Below are positions 1 through 44,652 of a stretch of DNA of 64,000 nt, piece after piece (position 1 is the first letter of the stretch; every line of letters starts with the position of its first letter). The DNA is from Octopus sinensis (lineage: Eukaryota), in NCBI RefSeq assembly GCF_006345805.1, contig NC_043013.1:39432001-39496000 (forward strand). Reading direction: 5' to 3'. The notes under the pieces were generated by a model. It was given only the letters and a program-made list of their open reading frames with translations, did no database searches and had not been told where the DNA came from. Both the position numbers and the translations under genes were made by a program.

Positions 1-357
1 CAGAATGATATAAAAGTTATAAAAGAGATATAAATAAGGATATAGAATAAAATAAAATAAAATAAGGATTATATTAGAAATTATATTGATATATCGAAAA
101 GAATTCCTAAACATGTTATTATTAATGCAATATAAAATTTAAAAAATACGCATCAAATATTAACGGGAACAAAATTACTTTTTGAAATAGGTTTATATGA
201 TATTTCTTAAAAAAATACATCAAGGGCATTGATCCAGGTAGAACAATAACAGATCTTAGGGGAGGCGCGAGATTTAGTAATGCATTGTAAAATGTACGTT
301 ATACTAACTACGATGGAAGAGAATACCAATGCTGAAGGGGTAAATATGTAATATAAT

Positions 358-549
358 TCTTTTCTACTCGAGGCACAAGGCCCGAAATTTGGGCGAAAGG
401 GGCTAGTCTATTAGATCGATCCAAGTACGCAGCTGGTACTTAATTTATCGGCCCCGAAAGGCGAAGTCGACCTCGGCAAAATTTGAACTCAGAAAAATAA
501 AGACAGACGAAATACCGCTAAGCATTTCATCCAGTATGCTCGCTGCCTT
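358..549 (-). mobile_element. tRNA-derived SINE family A
   Basis: Decayed copy of the family consensus ggcggcgagctggcagaaacgttagc...GAGTTCAAATTCCGCCGAGGTCGAC (A/B boxes). Further copies at about 5925, 24745, 25620-26000, 29985-30880, 34280, 51420-52182, 59185 (minus) and 63328 (plus). Confidence 0.85.
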
Positions 550-1612
550 AAATATATAATATGATTATAATAACTCTGCTCTGTCTAAAGTTGGATACAA
601 TCAAGTGATTGCATTCCTTATTTCAGAAAGTTTGAAGTCAGCTAAACACAATAAAGAAAATGGAAATGTGAAGAAGGTCAATAGTTCATCTAATCTAGCA
701 TGTAGATCTACTAGAATTGCCCATAACAATCCTATTAAAATAAAGAATAGGATTTATAACTAAGGATAGTAAAATATCTAGCATGCATAATAATAGTCAT
801 GATAATAATGAGAAGGATGGACCCAATTCTAACAATAACATAAATACCTGTAACGATAACGTAATTGATAATCTAGAGGTTCGGGAGATGGCAGAGGGGC
901 CAAAAAAGATCCGTTTTCAATACTAAGAATAATGATATGATCTGGTATAGCCTTTATTTCATTTGCGCAATCTCTACTAATATATATATAATAAATTTAT
1001 GGCGATTTTGGATAACGAATGAATTTATTGCTTATCAAAATAATCAGAAATTTAAATTGTGGGTCAGGGTGAAGGGCAAATCCACGCATTGGGCTCTCCA
1101 GCATATATTTATAAACAGCAAGCTGCAGGACACAGAGATCCGAATTGGACCCCTAGGCCTGTGAATCATCCAAGAAACAATCCAATGTGATAAGTTAGCA
1201 ATGATTTCTTGAACGGCATCGATGAAACAAGAAGTTGGTCGTTTGAGCTGGTAAAATAGAAGCAATAAAACGTTTTGAATAATGCAGATTGAGGTATAGT
1301 ATTCCTACAATATATACAGGTTGATCAAGGCTGGAGAGCTTTTGAGCATAAGTGGGCGCCAAATGAGCATTGAGTTTGGAGTTATACAATATTAAGAAAG
1401 CAACGAATTGGTGGAAGATAGAACGTCTTTGGTTTTATCCAAACGATCGAGATGGTAGAAATAGCTACTAAATTTACCTCAAAACTTACTCTACTGTCCT
1501 ACAAAAGAAAAAAAAAGCTGACAAGACAATAATTCCTTAAATTGACGAAATGCGGAACGGTCATAGCTGGAACGGTTTTCATCTTAGGTATCCTGTATCA
1601 AATTTGAGTTAA

Positions 1613-1643
<31 letters not shown>

Positions 1644-2160
1644 CGGATTTAGGCCTAACTTTTTCAAATGACCTGAAGAATCCTTTAAGAGGCTCCTTAA
1701 CCTGCTAGAAGGCGTAATTAAATCTCACAATATTATGGATCTTATTGTTATGTTTAATGGACTCAAAGGCACAAGAAATAATATGCTTCTAGATAGACTA
1801 CGTCACAAAAAAAGCACGAGATAGACTGCTCTGCAACACATTTGATCTTAAGTTTGCGGAGCAGTGTCTGATGAAATATTGTACAAGAAATACAACAGCA
1901 AAAACAGAAAGAGTAACACGAAGAAGAAAACAAAAACATAACAATAAACATGTGAACTTACCACAATAAAATACAAAATGTTTCCACATAATTGTTGCTG
2001 GTATTTTTATTAATTAACGACACCTACTTTAAAATGGAGACTGAATTAGGTTACTCGGTGATCTCTCTTTCTCATACAATCTTTTTCAAACTCTAACTCA
2101 CACTTTTGCTCTCTCTCCTTTTCTCTACCTCTAGACAATATATATATATATATATATATA

Positions 2161-2196
<36 letters not shown>

Positions 2197-2779
2197 AAGA
2201 GAGTAATGAATGTCGCTGCGTAACTAGGGAACAAATTAAATAACTAAAATTGAAAGAAAATTAGCGTATGTGCATACATGCAGAGATATAGATATGTGCA
2301 TGTAAACATGTGCATATATGTATGTTTGCACATTTGAATATATCCGTGCACTTCGGTGTTACAATGTGTGTGTAAGTGTGTTTGAGTGTGTGAGGGGTGA
2401 TGCGTGTGTGCGTGTGTTCATATCATTCCTTCGTATTTAATTCAATGCATTATTGGATTGATTTGTTATTACCACCATTGGCTATTTAATCAATTGGAAA
2501 CAAAGGCATTTCAGGAAAAATAAGATGCACATCAGATATCAGCCACTCTTTTATGTATTTCTTGACGTCGCTCATATTTGTAATGAATCATTCAGAAGAA
2601 ATATATTCTATTGAAAAGTTACGTGTCAAAAGTACATAAAATATGTTTATGGAGAGTCGACATTGTCGTATTTGTCATAAAAAAACAATAAGAGAAAGCA
2701 AAAGCTATATACATAGATATGTGTGCGTTTATACATACATCTATGTACCCTGGCTGTCTGTAAGCAATTTTTTCACCAA

Positions 2780-3630
2780 CCACATGTTCCGGGTTCACTA
2801 ATGCTTTGAGGGAGTCATTACAATCGGAGCAAATAGGGAACTAGAAATTGTGGCTGGTGACGTAGAAATTCCCTGACAAGCATTTCTGACTCTTACTAGA
2901 GCTATAGAAGGAGGCAAATCCTACTTCCACACATATCGCCTTCCAGCACCAACCGTCTTCAGCCAGAGTTTAACCACAGTCTCCAGTGTCTTCCCATGCA
3001 TGTCTGGACTGTTCAAAGATATGGAGCAACATGACACCACCCTCAATAGAGCCATATGTAAAAACCATCGCAATTTCGGAAAACATGGTTTTCATGATAC
3101 GTCTGAACAGAACAAGACCCTCCCCAGCAGAGCAGCTCAACTCAGCTTTTTCAGGAGCTGCTTTGTCTACGTCAGGGCTTCGCTTTGACATTGGCTGTCA
3201 GATTTTGTCTCTTGTGCCTTTTGTATGAGCCATAAGTAAGTTATTCATTCAGGACAAGCTTCATGGTGGCGGCTCCAACACCCGTCTCTCTGTTGGATTA
3301 ATTACGTGTTTAAAAGGTATTTTCAAACTGTCCTTTCTTTGGTATCAGTGTCCTTTGACTATGGTTTTAGCTTTTGGCCTGGATGTTGGTGTTACAGGCC
3401 TGCACACGCACACACACACAGACACACACATCACTTGATATGAGGAGGCTATCTCCCTTGACAGTGAATAGAAAGTACTCTGTTGAGCAGAAAATGCTCT
3501 GTTCGTAGCCGAGAAATATTTTGACTCATTTCTAGCAATGCTGGTGCTGACCTGCACCGTTTATTGACAATTGTATTTGTGCATTCAATTTGATGAACAG
3601 CAGCCTCGTGATGACTGAAAGAAATTGCAC
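2780..3630 (-). mobile_element. Degenerate Tc1/mariner (maT/DD37D-like) transposase relic
   Basis: Broken frames give MVFTYGSIEGGVMLLHIFEQ, TLETVVKLWLKTVGAGRR and KSQKCLSGNFY...*FPICSDCN. These resemble the VMVFG..S.EG.VMPPHIF, VL..VVKPW and WPPNSPDLNP motifs of maT-type transposases. Confidence 0.65.
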
Positions 3631-4400
3631 GAGCTAACACTCATTTTCCTCGGTAGTACCCATAAGTCAGGAATCAGCTTTAAAGCACCCGGAGCTTATT
3701 ACAGAGCACAATGGATGGCCAAGCTAATTTACTGCATTAAAATTTGAATGCTTAAATATCAGTTTAAACTAACTGTGAGAGAGGAAAAAGGACTGAGAGA
3801 TGTTTGCTGCTTTTCAGCTGCGATATACATCAGATCGTGGTGCCTGGCATCCATACCCTCATGCGCCCCCCGTTCAGATTTACATTTTGTGCAAAGTCTC
3901 CAGCTCTACAATCAAAGGGATGACAAAATTACAAGTGCTGCACTCAATAGGTTTTTGAGACATTTGTGGTATCTCTCCGAGGAGCTTGTGGCGCTTGCGT
4001 TTTTTGATTCAGCTTTTTCGCATGAAGCAAAAAACAAAATAAAGCATTCTCTGCAGAAACCAGTTGACTCAAAACCGAGCAAACGAGCATCAATAAATCC
4101 TGAATCAGCTGGGCGGAAACAACTACAGGATTTCGTTACTGCCAACACAAAAAAACATTCCTTGAAATCCTGGAGGTGCCTTGTACTTTTCTTGAAAAAG
4201 GTGCTGAAGAATGGAATGATGATGAAAGTTATGCGAATGCAAGAGATATCGCATATGGACTTAAAGTGGTAAACGGCATTGCAGAAAGCGGTGTACGACT
4301 GATGAAGGAATACAACAAATTGATAACCAATGGTGAAGATCAGAAACAATACCGTTTTTAAATTGTTAAAAATTACAGGTCGTCACTCTCAAACAAGAAA
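3630..4400 (+). mobile_element. hAT-superfamily (hATm-like) transposase C-terminal fragment, disrupted
   Basis: LTLIFLG..ISFKAPGAYYRAQWMAKLIYCIKI*, APRSDLHF, RHLWYLSEELVALAFFD, VVNGIAESGVRLMKEYN; contains a stop and a frameshift. Subgroup assignment is from recalled motifs. Confidence 0.7.
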
Positions 4401-4859
4401 ACATTACACTTGCTTCACCAAAAACCAAAATGAACTTACATATGTGGTTATAATATGCCTACTGGGCAAACTTCTACATACAAAAATGTTAACGCGCTAT
4501 ACGCTGCAACTCACTACGTGCTATTGCCTGGAATGTCATCATTTTTCTTTTCAAGCTAGGTTAACTAGGTACATACCAAACCGGTTCTGGCGAAAATATC
4601 AACAAAACAAAATTTTTTGAGCACAAACTGATATACATTTATTTTTAAAGCTTGGTAGCAACCTCTTTTTCAACCTCAAATTTCGCATACAATATTTTTA
4701 TAAGGAATATGAATAAAATTGGAGGGTGTCTTCCTAAAAATCGACCGCTTATTTGTATCAATAAGGAGTGACATATTCAACGTTTTGGATTCAATCCTTC
4801 ATCAGGTGGCAGAGGATAAGAGAAGATAAAGAGAAAAAAATCAAACAGAGTTTACATAT

Positions 4860-5400
4860 TCTCATCTTGAAAATCTGGCTGCTCGACGCACCCGCCGATA
4901 TAGAAAGTTCTCTTCGTCAGATCTAACTCCGGGCATTTTTCTACAACAGGAGCCAAGTTCCTCCATTTCAGATCGACTTTACTACACTCAAAAAGCGTTT
5001 CTCCAACTGGACACCAAACCTCGGATTACACCGTTCGGTAGATATATTCATTAATAAATGCTGTTTCGACCTCGGTACCTTCAATTTCGATAGAAATCCA
5101 AGGATTTCGAACCTTCCCCCATCAGAATTGGACGTTCTCCGGAAGCTCCGCCAACGTAATAACATTGTTAGAAAGTCAGCCGACAAAGGGAGCGCCGTTG
5201 TTTTTTTGCGAACCGACCTTTACAAAAAAGAAACACTCCTGCCAACTCAACGATCCCAGATACTACATGAAGATACCAATCGATCTTACCAACCATTACC
5301 AGAGGAATGTTTCAACCACTGTACATCAGCTGACCTCTTCTGGTTCACTGCCACCAACTTTATCGTCACCACGCCCCGAACTTTCACAATCTATTTCGAA
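4860..5400 (+). mobile_element. Penelope-like element RT N-terminal fragment
   Basis: NLPPSELDVLRKLRQRNNIVRKSADKGSAVV.L.TDLYK.E ... QLNDPRYY; the K.ADKG..VV motif is typical of PLE RTs; frameshifted. Confidence 0.8.
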
Positions 5401-5809
5401 AATTCGAAAATGTAGTTGTCCATGAGCTAAAACTGCTTTTTATTATTTTTCAAACACAACTTACTGGAGTTGAAATTTCTCTTGTGTTTCATTTAGAGAG
5501 CCTTCAAAGAGCAATTGTAAGAGGAATGACTGAATACACATTTCAAAGGAAATACATTTGACAGCGCACTCAATACTTGATATGCCATTTTAAATGTATT
5601 AAGTGTGGGTTTCTCTTCAGAACCTAATGAACCGATCTTGATCGGAGATTGTCTGTGTGATCGACAAAAAGTGAATGAAAAATACAGAGTTAATATTTTG
5701 TTTTCTGTGTACGGGGAGGTGCTGGAAAGTTCCTGCTTTTGAGGGTATTGCGAAAGATCTGGTTGGAGGCCCAAGAGTTTATACACGATTTAAGAGTCCA
5801 TATATATGT

Positions 5810-5853
<44 letters not shown>

Positions 5854-6454
5854 GTGTGTGTGTATGTTTATGTATGTGTTTTTATATATGTGTATGTATG
5901 TTTGTATACACACACCTGTTTGGGGGACGGGTACCTATTTTTATCGACCCCAAAAGGAAGAAGGGTAAAGTCAACCTCGGCTGAATTTGAACTTAGAACC
6001 TAAAGGTGGACGAGATGTCACTAAGCACTTTGCTCCGCGTATTAATGATCCTGTCTTAATAAATTAGTTTTATTAATTTTAGAATGGACGGTATGGCGAT
6101 GTCTCGAAGGGAGGCTACTTAGGCAAAATAATACAGTGAGTTACTACCCCTTACAAATTAAATGGAAATTTTATACTTCCTACTTTTGTTTTATTTTCCT
6201 TTTTACTTTTGAAACACTTGTCTTTCTGACAAGAAGCTATATGAAAGCAAGACTGATGGGTATAGCAAGAAATACTAGGTTTCAGGTGGAAACTGAAATA
6301 AACACGTCTTCACACACACACACACACACACACGGCCTTTCATAAACAGATACACACATGTCTATTATATGTACATATATACATATATCTATGTGTGTGT
6401 GTGTGTGTGTGTGTACGCGTGTGAATAACCGTCAAATGTAAATAAAGTAAATAA

Positions 6455-6498
6455 TGATGATGGTGATGATGATGATGATGCTGATGCTGATGATGATA

Positions 6499-6533
<35 letters not shown>

Positions 6534-6571
6534 AGTGATGGTGGTGATGATGATGATGATGATGGTGATGG

Positions 6572-6620
<49 letters not shown>

Positions 6621-6690
6621 AGTGATGGTGATGATGATGATGATAGTGATGGTGATGATGATGATGATGATGATGATGATGACGATGGCG
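6455..6690. repeat. (GAT/ATG)n microsatellite
   Basis: Direct inspection; source of spurious poly-M/S/I ORFs. Confidence 0.97.
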
Positions 6691-7060
6691 ACGATCTCAA
6701 CGAATATAAAAGCAATCAAACAAAGACCACGATAGTAACAAGATGCCTAAAGCATTATTCATTTATTCATTCATTCCATTACGGATTTTATATTCCTTAA
6801 TTTCTATATTTATTTGTTTATCATATTTATTTATTTGTTCATTCATATATTTATTTATCTATCATATTTATCGATTTATGTATTTATTTATTTATTTATA
6901 TATTTTCGTGAAATTCTATAAATCGTAGCATATTTTCTAGGTGATTGTGTTTCACGTTACAACAGGATTTTCAGAAACGTAAAGCTTCCAGGACGCTGAG
7001 AAATCTGTATTTATCTACTTATTTATTTATTTATTTTATCTCTTCAAAACATAATGGCTT

Positions 7061-37610
<30,550 letters not shown>

Positions 37611-37817
37611 CTGGAAAATGTTGACATAGTAGTAGTAGTAGTAGTAGTAGTAGTTTTATTAGTAAGGATACATTATAAATGGTAGTAGTGATGGGGGTAT
37701 TAGCAATAGTGATAATGTTGGATCTCAGTAGTTGTTCCTCATCTGCCAACATACTCATTCTCACTCTTCTTCCCGGTCTCTCTCACTCTCTCAGACATAT
37801 ACACATATGCTTATAGT

Positions 37818-38224
37818 AGCTGTATGGTAAGTAGCTTGCTTACGCACCACATGGTTCCGGGTTCAGTCCCACTGCGTGGCACTTTGGGCGAGTGTCTTCT
37901 ACTCTCTCCTCGGGCCGACCAAAGCCTTGTGAGTGGGTTTGGTAGACGGAAACTGAAAGAAGCCCGTGGTATATATGTATATGTGTGTATGTATATGTAT
38001 GTGTGTTTGTATATATGTTTGTGTGTCTGTGTTTGTCTCTTCAACATCGCTTGACAATCGATGCTGGTGTGTTTACGTCACCGTAACTTAGCGGTTCGGC
38101 AAAAGAGACCGATAGAATAAGTACTAGGCTTACAAAGAAGAAGTCCTGGGGTCGATTTGCTCGACTAAAGGTGGTGCTCCAGCATGGCCACAGTTAAATG
38201 ACTGAAACAAGTAAAAGAGTAAAG
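37818..38224 (+). mobile_element. SINE family B, full length
   Basis: Same consensus as the copy at 32192. Confidence 0.9.
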
Positions 38225-38332
38225 GAGTATATATATATATATATATAATATATATATATATATATACAGATATATATATATATATGCATTCATACATACA
38301 TACATACATACATACATACATACATACATACA

Positions 38333-38363
<31 letters not shown>

Positions 38364-39854
38364 GTACATCCATTTGTACGTGCATACACACACACACAGA
38401 TATATATACATATATACATCAGAGGTGACTCCAGGTCATCAGCGCTCATCACAGATTTCTTATAAGACACATGCCTGCTCGAAGAATTTCACGTTTTTCC
38501 GCTTTATTTCTAGCCTCAAATGGCCTTTTTTTTTTCAATATCTAGCACTATGTCTTTCTCCATTTCTAATTTAATGGTAAAATTAAGGAAAAATACAACC
38601 GATCTTTACAAACAGACGCACAGAGTAACAGCAATCGAATAACGACAGCAGCACACAACAAACGTCAGCGATCTGTCACCTGTACACTTGACAAGAGATG
38701 CCAGTTAATCTTTTACACCTACCACGCTCGCTCGTATTGGCCTGAGTCGCTGGATAATTTTTCCTTCCTTTAAGAATATTGTAGAATGGAAACTTTTCAT
38801 AGAATGGAATTTAAATCTTAATCTCTATAGAAATTTATTTTTTCGGGAAAACATTGAATTTGGATTACTTTTAATTATTACGATTATAGATAACAACTCT
38901 GTTATATCTGAGCCCGAGTCAGGCGCGTGTGAACGATGTCGAGAGAACGTCTGCTACGAATGATATTTTTTGACACAGGACACCTCCAAGACAATCGCCA
39001 GACGGTGAACTGCAAACTCAATAAAAGGAGTTTATATATATATATATATATATATAATATAATATATATATATATATATATATAATATATATATATATTA
39101 TATATATATATATATAATATATATATTGTAAAAACGAAAAATGCATTAATTAATTGGAATTATAGTCGCAATAATTATATTAATGATTAGTCTGTACCAT
39201 ACTGATTGATTTATACCAAGAATGGCAAGAGAAATAATTCTAGAATTTAAACTAATTTTAATGTACTGAGGAGGTTTAATTAAACCAAAACACCGGCAGA
39301 ATTACCTCCATACAAGATCATAATCACACTAATTCACTACTTTACATCGCCATTCAATTTTTAATTAGTTTCGATTCTTAGATTAATTTTTAATTGAAGG
39401 ATTTCTGAATCGTCTTTCGTGATTTTATTTATAAGCGTTCATCATTACGTGTAATGAATTTTCTCTTCCATCCCAAGTGAAGTAATAACTGAATAATTAC
39501 GAATCTTCGGCCCATTGCATTACGTACGTTAGTCTTCACTTAATAAGTAATGGTCTAGCTGTCTGAGAAATGAATTATTAAAACAATTATAAATGTTTTG
39601 ATCATTAGACATAAGCATGGTTTTGAGGTTAAGAAGTCCTCTTTGCCACAACGTGGTTTCAGGTCGAATCCAACAATCAGGCACTTTGGGCAAGTGTCTT
39701 CTACTATAGCCCCGAGCTAACAAGTGGCTTGTGAGCGGATTTACTGGGCGGAAACAGTGAGGAAGCCCTTCATATATATAAATATATATGTGTGTTTGTG
39801 TATGTGTACGTGTGCGTGTGTTTGTGTCTGGAGATGAAAAATAATAATAGGGAG

Positions 39855-39973
39855 ATGAAAAATAATAATTAAAACCATGGTTCAGTTCATAAAATTATAA
39901 AGCTATAAAAGTCAATAAAAATTACTATTAATCGATCTTGAAAGGATGGACTTGGTGCAAACATAACTGTATC

Positions 39974-40022
<49 letters not shown>

Positions 40023-40100
40023 ATTAATAGTAATTTTTATTGACTTTTATAGCTTTATAATTTTATGAACTGAACCATGGTTTTAATTATTATTTTTCAT
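39855..40100. repeat. Perfect 78-bp inverted repeat with 90-bp spacer
   Basis: 39855-39932 is the exact reverse complement of 40023-40100; the spacer includes (ATT)n. Confidence 0.9.
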
Positions 40101-40345
40101 ATAGTTTTTAAAACTATTAGCCAAATATGTATAATAACTGTGCTTATTAATATTAATATATACACTGATATATCTTTTGTTTTATTTTGTTTTGTTTACC
40201 TTGCATTATTGTACCAATGAGTATTATATTATATAAGTGTAGCATTATGAAGTATATGCATAAGTTTTTATATTTTACATTTTTATATTTTTATATTTAT
40301 ATGTATATGGAAAAATAATTTTTTCACAATTATAACAAATTTAAT

Positions 40346-40455
40346 TCTCTGAAGAGGCCGTGCGGCATCCTTGTTAATGCCTCATTTATACCTGCCTTTA
40401 TGGTTTATAGGTTAAATGAGGTATGACTGCCCTTGCTGCCGAAACAGCTGTCAGA
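40346..40455 (+). ncRNA. Type I hammerhead ribozyme motif, intact core
   Basis: TCT-CTGAAGA-GGC[extension with cctcattta/taaatgagg hairpin]GCC-GAAA-CAGCTG-TC-AGA; palindromic stem III, GUC triplet, 3-bp stem I. Confidence 0.72.
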
Positions 40456-40809
40456 TATGATTTAATTACATATTATATTTGAAATTTTATACGTATATCT
40501 CTTTGTCTATTTACATTTACTGTATATTTTGTATAATGCCTTTACTGATATGTAATGGTGTTAATAAAGTATGATTGGGTATCATCTGATAGTTGATGTT
40601 TTATTGATTTAAGTATGTTTCTCCATTTCTAATTTTGTAGTATTAATTTACGGTAATATTATTACCTTTACCATATAATACAATAGATGAACTGATTGTT
40701 TGGCAATTTTTAACATCTATGTATTAGTCTTGTTGGGTACCTATCTAGCAGTATATTGGATATATGTTATCCCATGGTGGGTTGAATTTTCAACCCCTAT
40801 CTTCATTTA

Positions 40810-40874
<65 letters not shown>

Positions 40875-41556
40875 GACAGGCTTCTTTCAGTTTCGTCGTC
40901 TATCAAATCCACTCACACGGCTTTGGTCGGTCCGAGGCTATAGTAGAAGATACTTGCCCAAGGTGCCACGCAGTGGGACTGAACCCGGAACCATGTGGTT
41001 GGTAAGCAAGGTACTTACCACACAGCCACTCCTTAAATTCTGTAATTTAGCCGTTGCGCGAAAAAAGGCCGGCAGAATAAAGTATCGTGGTCGATTTAGT
41101 CAACTAGACCCTTCAGCGTGGTGCTCCAGAAAGTTCGCAGTCTAATGACTGAAGGAAGTGAAAAGATGATAAGGTCTTAACTTAATATTTATAGAAGAGA
41201 CCCTTCTTAAATGTTCCCATCTACATCACGCTACATTCAGTTTAATCTCCGATGGCCATCGTGTATGAAGGAAACATTGAATGAAAGTAAACATCAAATA
41301 TTTCCTAAAGTATGGGTCAGGATGCTGCTTAAGGACTAAAATAAAAAGAAACATGAACAAAATTTCATGTTTTCCAAAACGGACGACTGAGGAAAAATCA
41401 GTTAAATGAGGAACCGTATTACAAAATTGGTTGCAATACTGTGGCAATGGTGTGACAATAGTGTGCCAATAACGTAACATTGTTTTTGTTGTTGTTTTTT
41501 AATGGAAATGCCACCGGAAGCAGGATATCAGAAGTCGAAACATTCACACGCACACG

Positions 41557-41595
<39 letters not shown>

Positions 41596-43327
41596 TGTGG
41601 TGTGTGTGTGTGTGTGTGTGTGGTGTGTGTGTGTGGTGTGTGTGTGGTGTGTGTGTGTGTGTGTAGTGTGTGTGTGTGCATGTCTTTGTTTTCAGAATGA
41701 GTCGATCGGGCGCAGCTGTTTGAGTGTTAACAATTTGACACGGTTGACTGGATAGAAAACCTGATTTTGCGACAGTATCTTTCGGCGATTGAGGCAAACA
41801 CGCCACGTAAACGTCTCGTCACATACAGAGAGAGAGAGAGTGAGGGGGGGGGATGGGGGGGAGAGGGAGAGAGAGGAAGGGCAGAAGGAGAAAAGAGAGA
41901 GACATTATAATTTATTCATTGAACATGAATGACACAAGCTCACTCTATCTCCTCATACAGAGACAGAGACAGACAGACAAATAGACAGACAGACAAATAG
42001 ACAGACAGGGAGCAGAGAAGAGAGGGAGGAATTGAGATAGAGAATAAGAGTAACATTTAAACAAGACAAACATCAAAAAAGTCTGATATCAAACAAGTCA
42101 ACCTGAAACCAGGGTCGCTAAATAAGTGGCACCAAAACGGCTCCGTCAAAGTGTCATGTGCCTCTTTGTGTTAATGTTCCTTCCACTATTTGACAACTTG
42201 CGTTGCTTTGTTTACGTTCCCGTAATTAAACGGTTGGACATAGCAGGCTGTGAAATGTCAGACTTCAAAAATTAAAAAAACATTGGAGACGATTTGGTCG
42301 ATTAAAATCTCTCAATGCGCTGTTGTAGCATGGGTTCTTTTCATTCCATGTCAAAGAAAGCGTTGTATAAAAGAAGTGAGGTGAAAACTTGTTAGGAAAG
42401 GCAAAAAGAACTGTTTAAAAGACCTGAGTGAATAGTGGCGAATCGTGGAATGGATCATAACAGCATACTGTTAATCACAAATAATCTCAATAACATATTC
42501 GTTATTAATTTCAATGAATGACATGTCATTAAAATGTCTTCCACTTTACTGTGCTATATTTCTTTAAGAAACTATATTGTCAAAAGCCATTACGAAATGA
42601 GTTTATTGCGATGACCTATATTTGCAAGTAACTTTACGAGCTGCGGTATACGAACGCATATGGCAAAGAAGCAGACATACTAGAAAACAATAGCGGCAAT
42701 ACATGCAATATGTGTGTGGTTGGGGTGGGGTGGGGGAAATACGCCCACGCACACATATCCATAAATATATATAAAATAATAAAGGTAGCTAAACGCAGTA
42801 TAAAACCAAAAAAGGACACATTCAGCTGTTACTAATAGTGACTGACGGTGCAGGAAAGCACCGATTTTGCTAGAAACAAGAGTTAGAGATCATTATAGCC
42901 ACAAACATAGCACGAGTCCGTGTACTGACAGGGGAGTTAACTCTGCTAGAAATTAAAGCTCACCAATGGGAACACTCCATCGCTGACATTTAAGCCAAAT
43001 CCTACCTTCCAGTATATAGAATTTACCAAACGAATTAAGATTCTTATGGAGAATCAGCGATGGAGTTGTTATACTGATGAGCAAGAATTTCAAGCAAAAT
43101 TGGATCGCCAATATAGCACTTTCGCTCGATGTGGAGCAGTTAACTTCACTTTAGGAAATTAAACTTGTGGTAAATTATATATATATATATATAAACTTAC
43201 TTGGAGAAGAGAAACAACGCGTGCGTTCGGTCATATAATAACAATATAATAAATAAATAAAACATATGCATATATACATACATATATGTACATACTTACA
43301 TCTATATGTATATATACATGCATATAT

Positions 43328-43369
<42 letters not shown>

Positions 43370-43699
43370 GTATATATATGAGTACAGGACACCACAAATA
43401 ACGTAGAACACAACGAGAAACGAAAACATAAAATCAAACAAGGAAACGGACTTTTTTTAACAACGAAAAAAAACAGAGTACAGGACAAACAATACAAGGA
43501 AAATCCCCTTCATCAGCTGCCCCTGGTTCGACTCAATGCGTGTTTCGAAGGTAAGGGCAGAACACGGCCAGGCCGAAACAATCCTTCTGCAAAAGGAATT
43601 AAATAAAATTCTTTTGCAGAGGGATAAAACAAGTGACAAGAACAGGACGTAAAAGCAATACAAATGAAGAAAAAAAAAGAAAAAACAGTACATATAAAG

Positions 43700-43799
43700 N
43701 NNNNNNNNNNNNNNNNNNNNNNNNNNNNNNNNNNNNNNNNNNNNNNNNNNNNNNNNNNNNNNNNNNNNNNNNNNNNNNNNNNNNNNNNNNNNNNNNNNN
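43700..43799. other. Assembly gap (100 N)
   Basis: Run of exactly 100 N, likely a placeholder of unknown true size. Confidence 0.99.
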
Positions 43800-44611
43800 C
43801 ACACTCTTACCCGCGCGTAGAGCGGGTCACCTTTAGCTAGTCTCTATAGATAAAACTGAAATGCGTTTCCACCGCTTGGATCGCTTTCAAGGCCACTACA
43901 TCCCGTCGGATTCACTCCAAAATTTACAGGGACATGTAAAATGATGTGACGATGCCCGTGGGCTTCCTTAAAAATCCCTATCTTAAAATGTATATTGCTA
44001 GGGCCAAAAACCCACTTTGACAAGTCCACTCACGTTCTTTAATGTATCTGTCTTCCTCAACTCACTCTCGCTATTTCCTCTCTTCCCAGTACTTTTTCAC
44101 TCACTCTATTTCCTACCTTCCCATAACTTTCACTTATGTATCTGTCTGCATTCATAGAGAGAATTATCATCGCCACAGCCAACACATGACAACAAATATT
44201 ATGAACCTCGCCATCGCATTCTATTGTCTGCCTGTCAACGCGCCGATCGAGCAAATACAAACAGAACACATCAACGAGCGTTCGTGTTCTGGTGATAACG
44301 TAGGTTTTTCGTATCTATTACATTTTAACATTTATTTAGAACCCTGCAAATTTTTCGTGCTAAATTTTCATTTTTTACTACTTTATTATTTTTTGTTAAA
44401 TTGATGCTTTTATGAAAATCAATTCTAATTGTCTGGGTCAACAGTTCGTTTCCTCGGAGGATATGGAAATTCCTATTACCCGTCAGAGAAATTACTCCAG
44501 TAGCTCACAACTATTTCAACAAAGACAAGGTTACCTGCTCACCAGTCGAATTCAGCGTCAACGCTCACGTATGAGAGAGACTCCAACACACACACACACA
44601 TACAGACTCAC

Positions 44612-44652
<41 letters not shown>

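Noticed and set aside
600-1400. Degenerate LINE endonuclease-like sequence (also 11100-11900 and 17350-18420)
   Set aside because: Only faint motif resemblance with many stops; not supportable without a profile search.
6389-6735. Poly-S/I/M ORFs, and similar ORFs at 8300-8800, 15099-15464, 21840-23074, 51478-51824 and 54193-55094
   Set aside because: They are translations of microsatellites.
41226-41480. LTDFSSVVRFGKHE as a possible GH13 exon 2 (DF..VDP.FG)
   Set aside because: Similarity is superficial, flanking motifs are absent, and no suitable phase-1 splice sites were found.
43490-43560. CTGATGA and GAAAC on the minus strand near the gap as a hammerhead
   Set aside because: No consistent three-stem fold could be drawn; at most a decayed PLE end.
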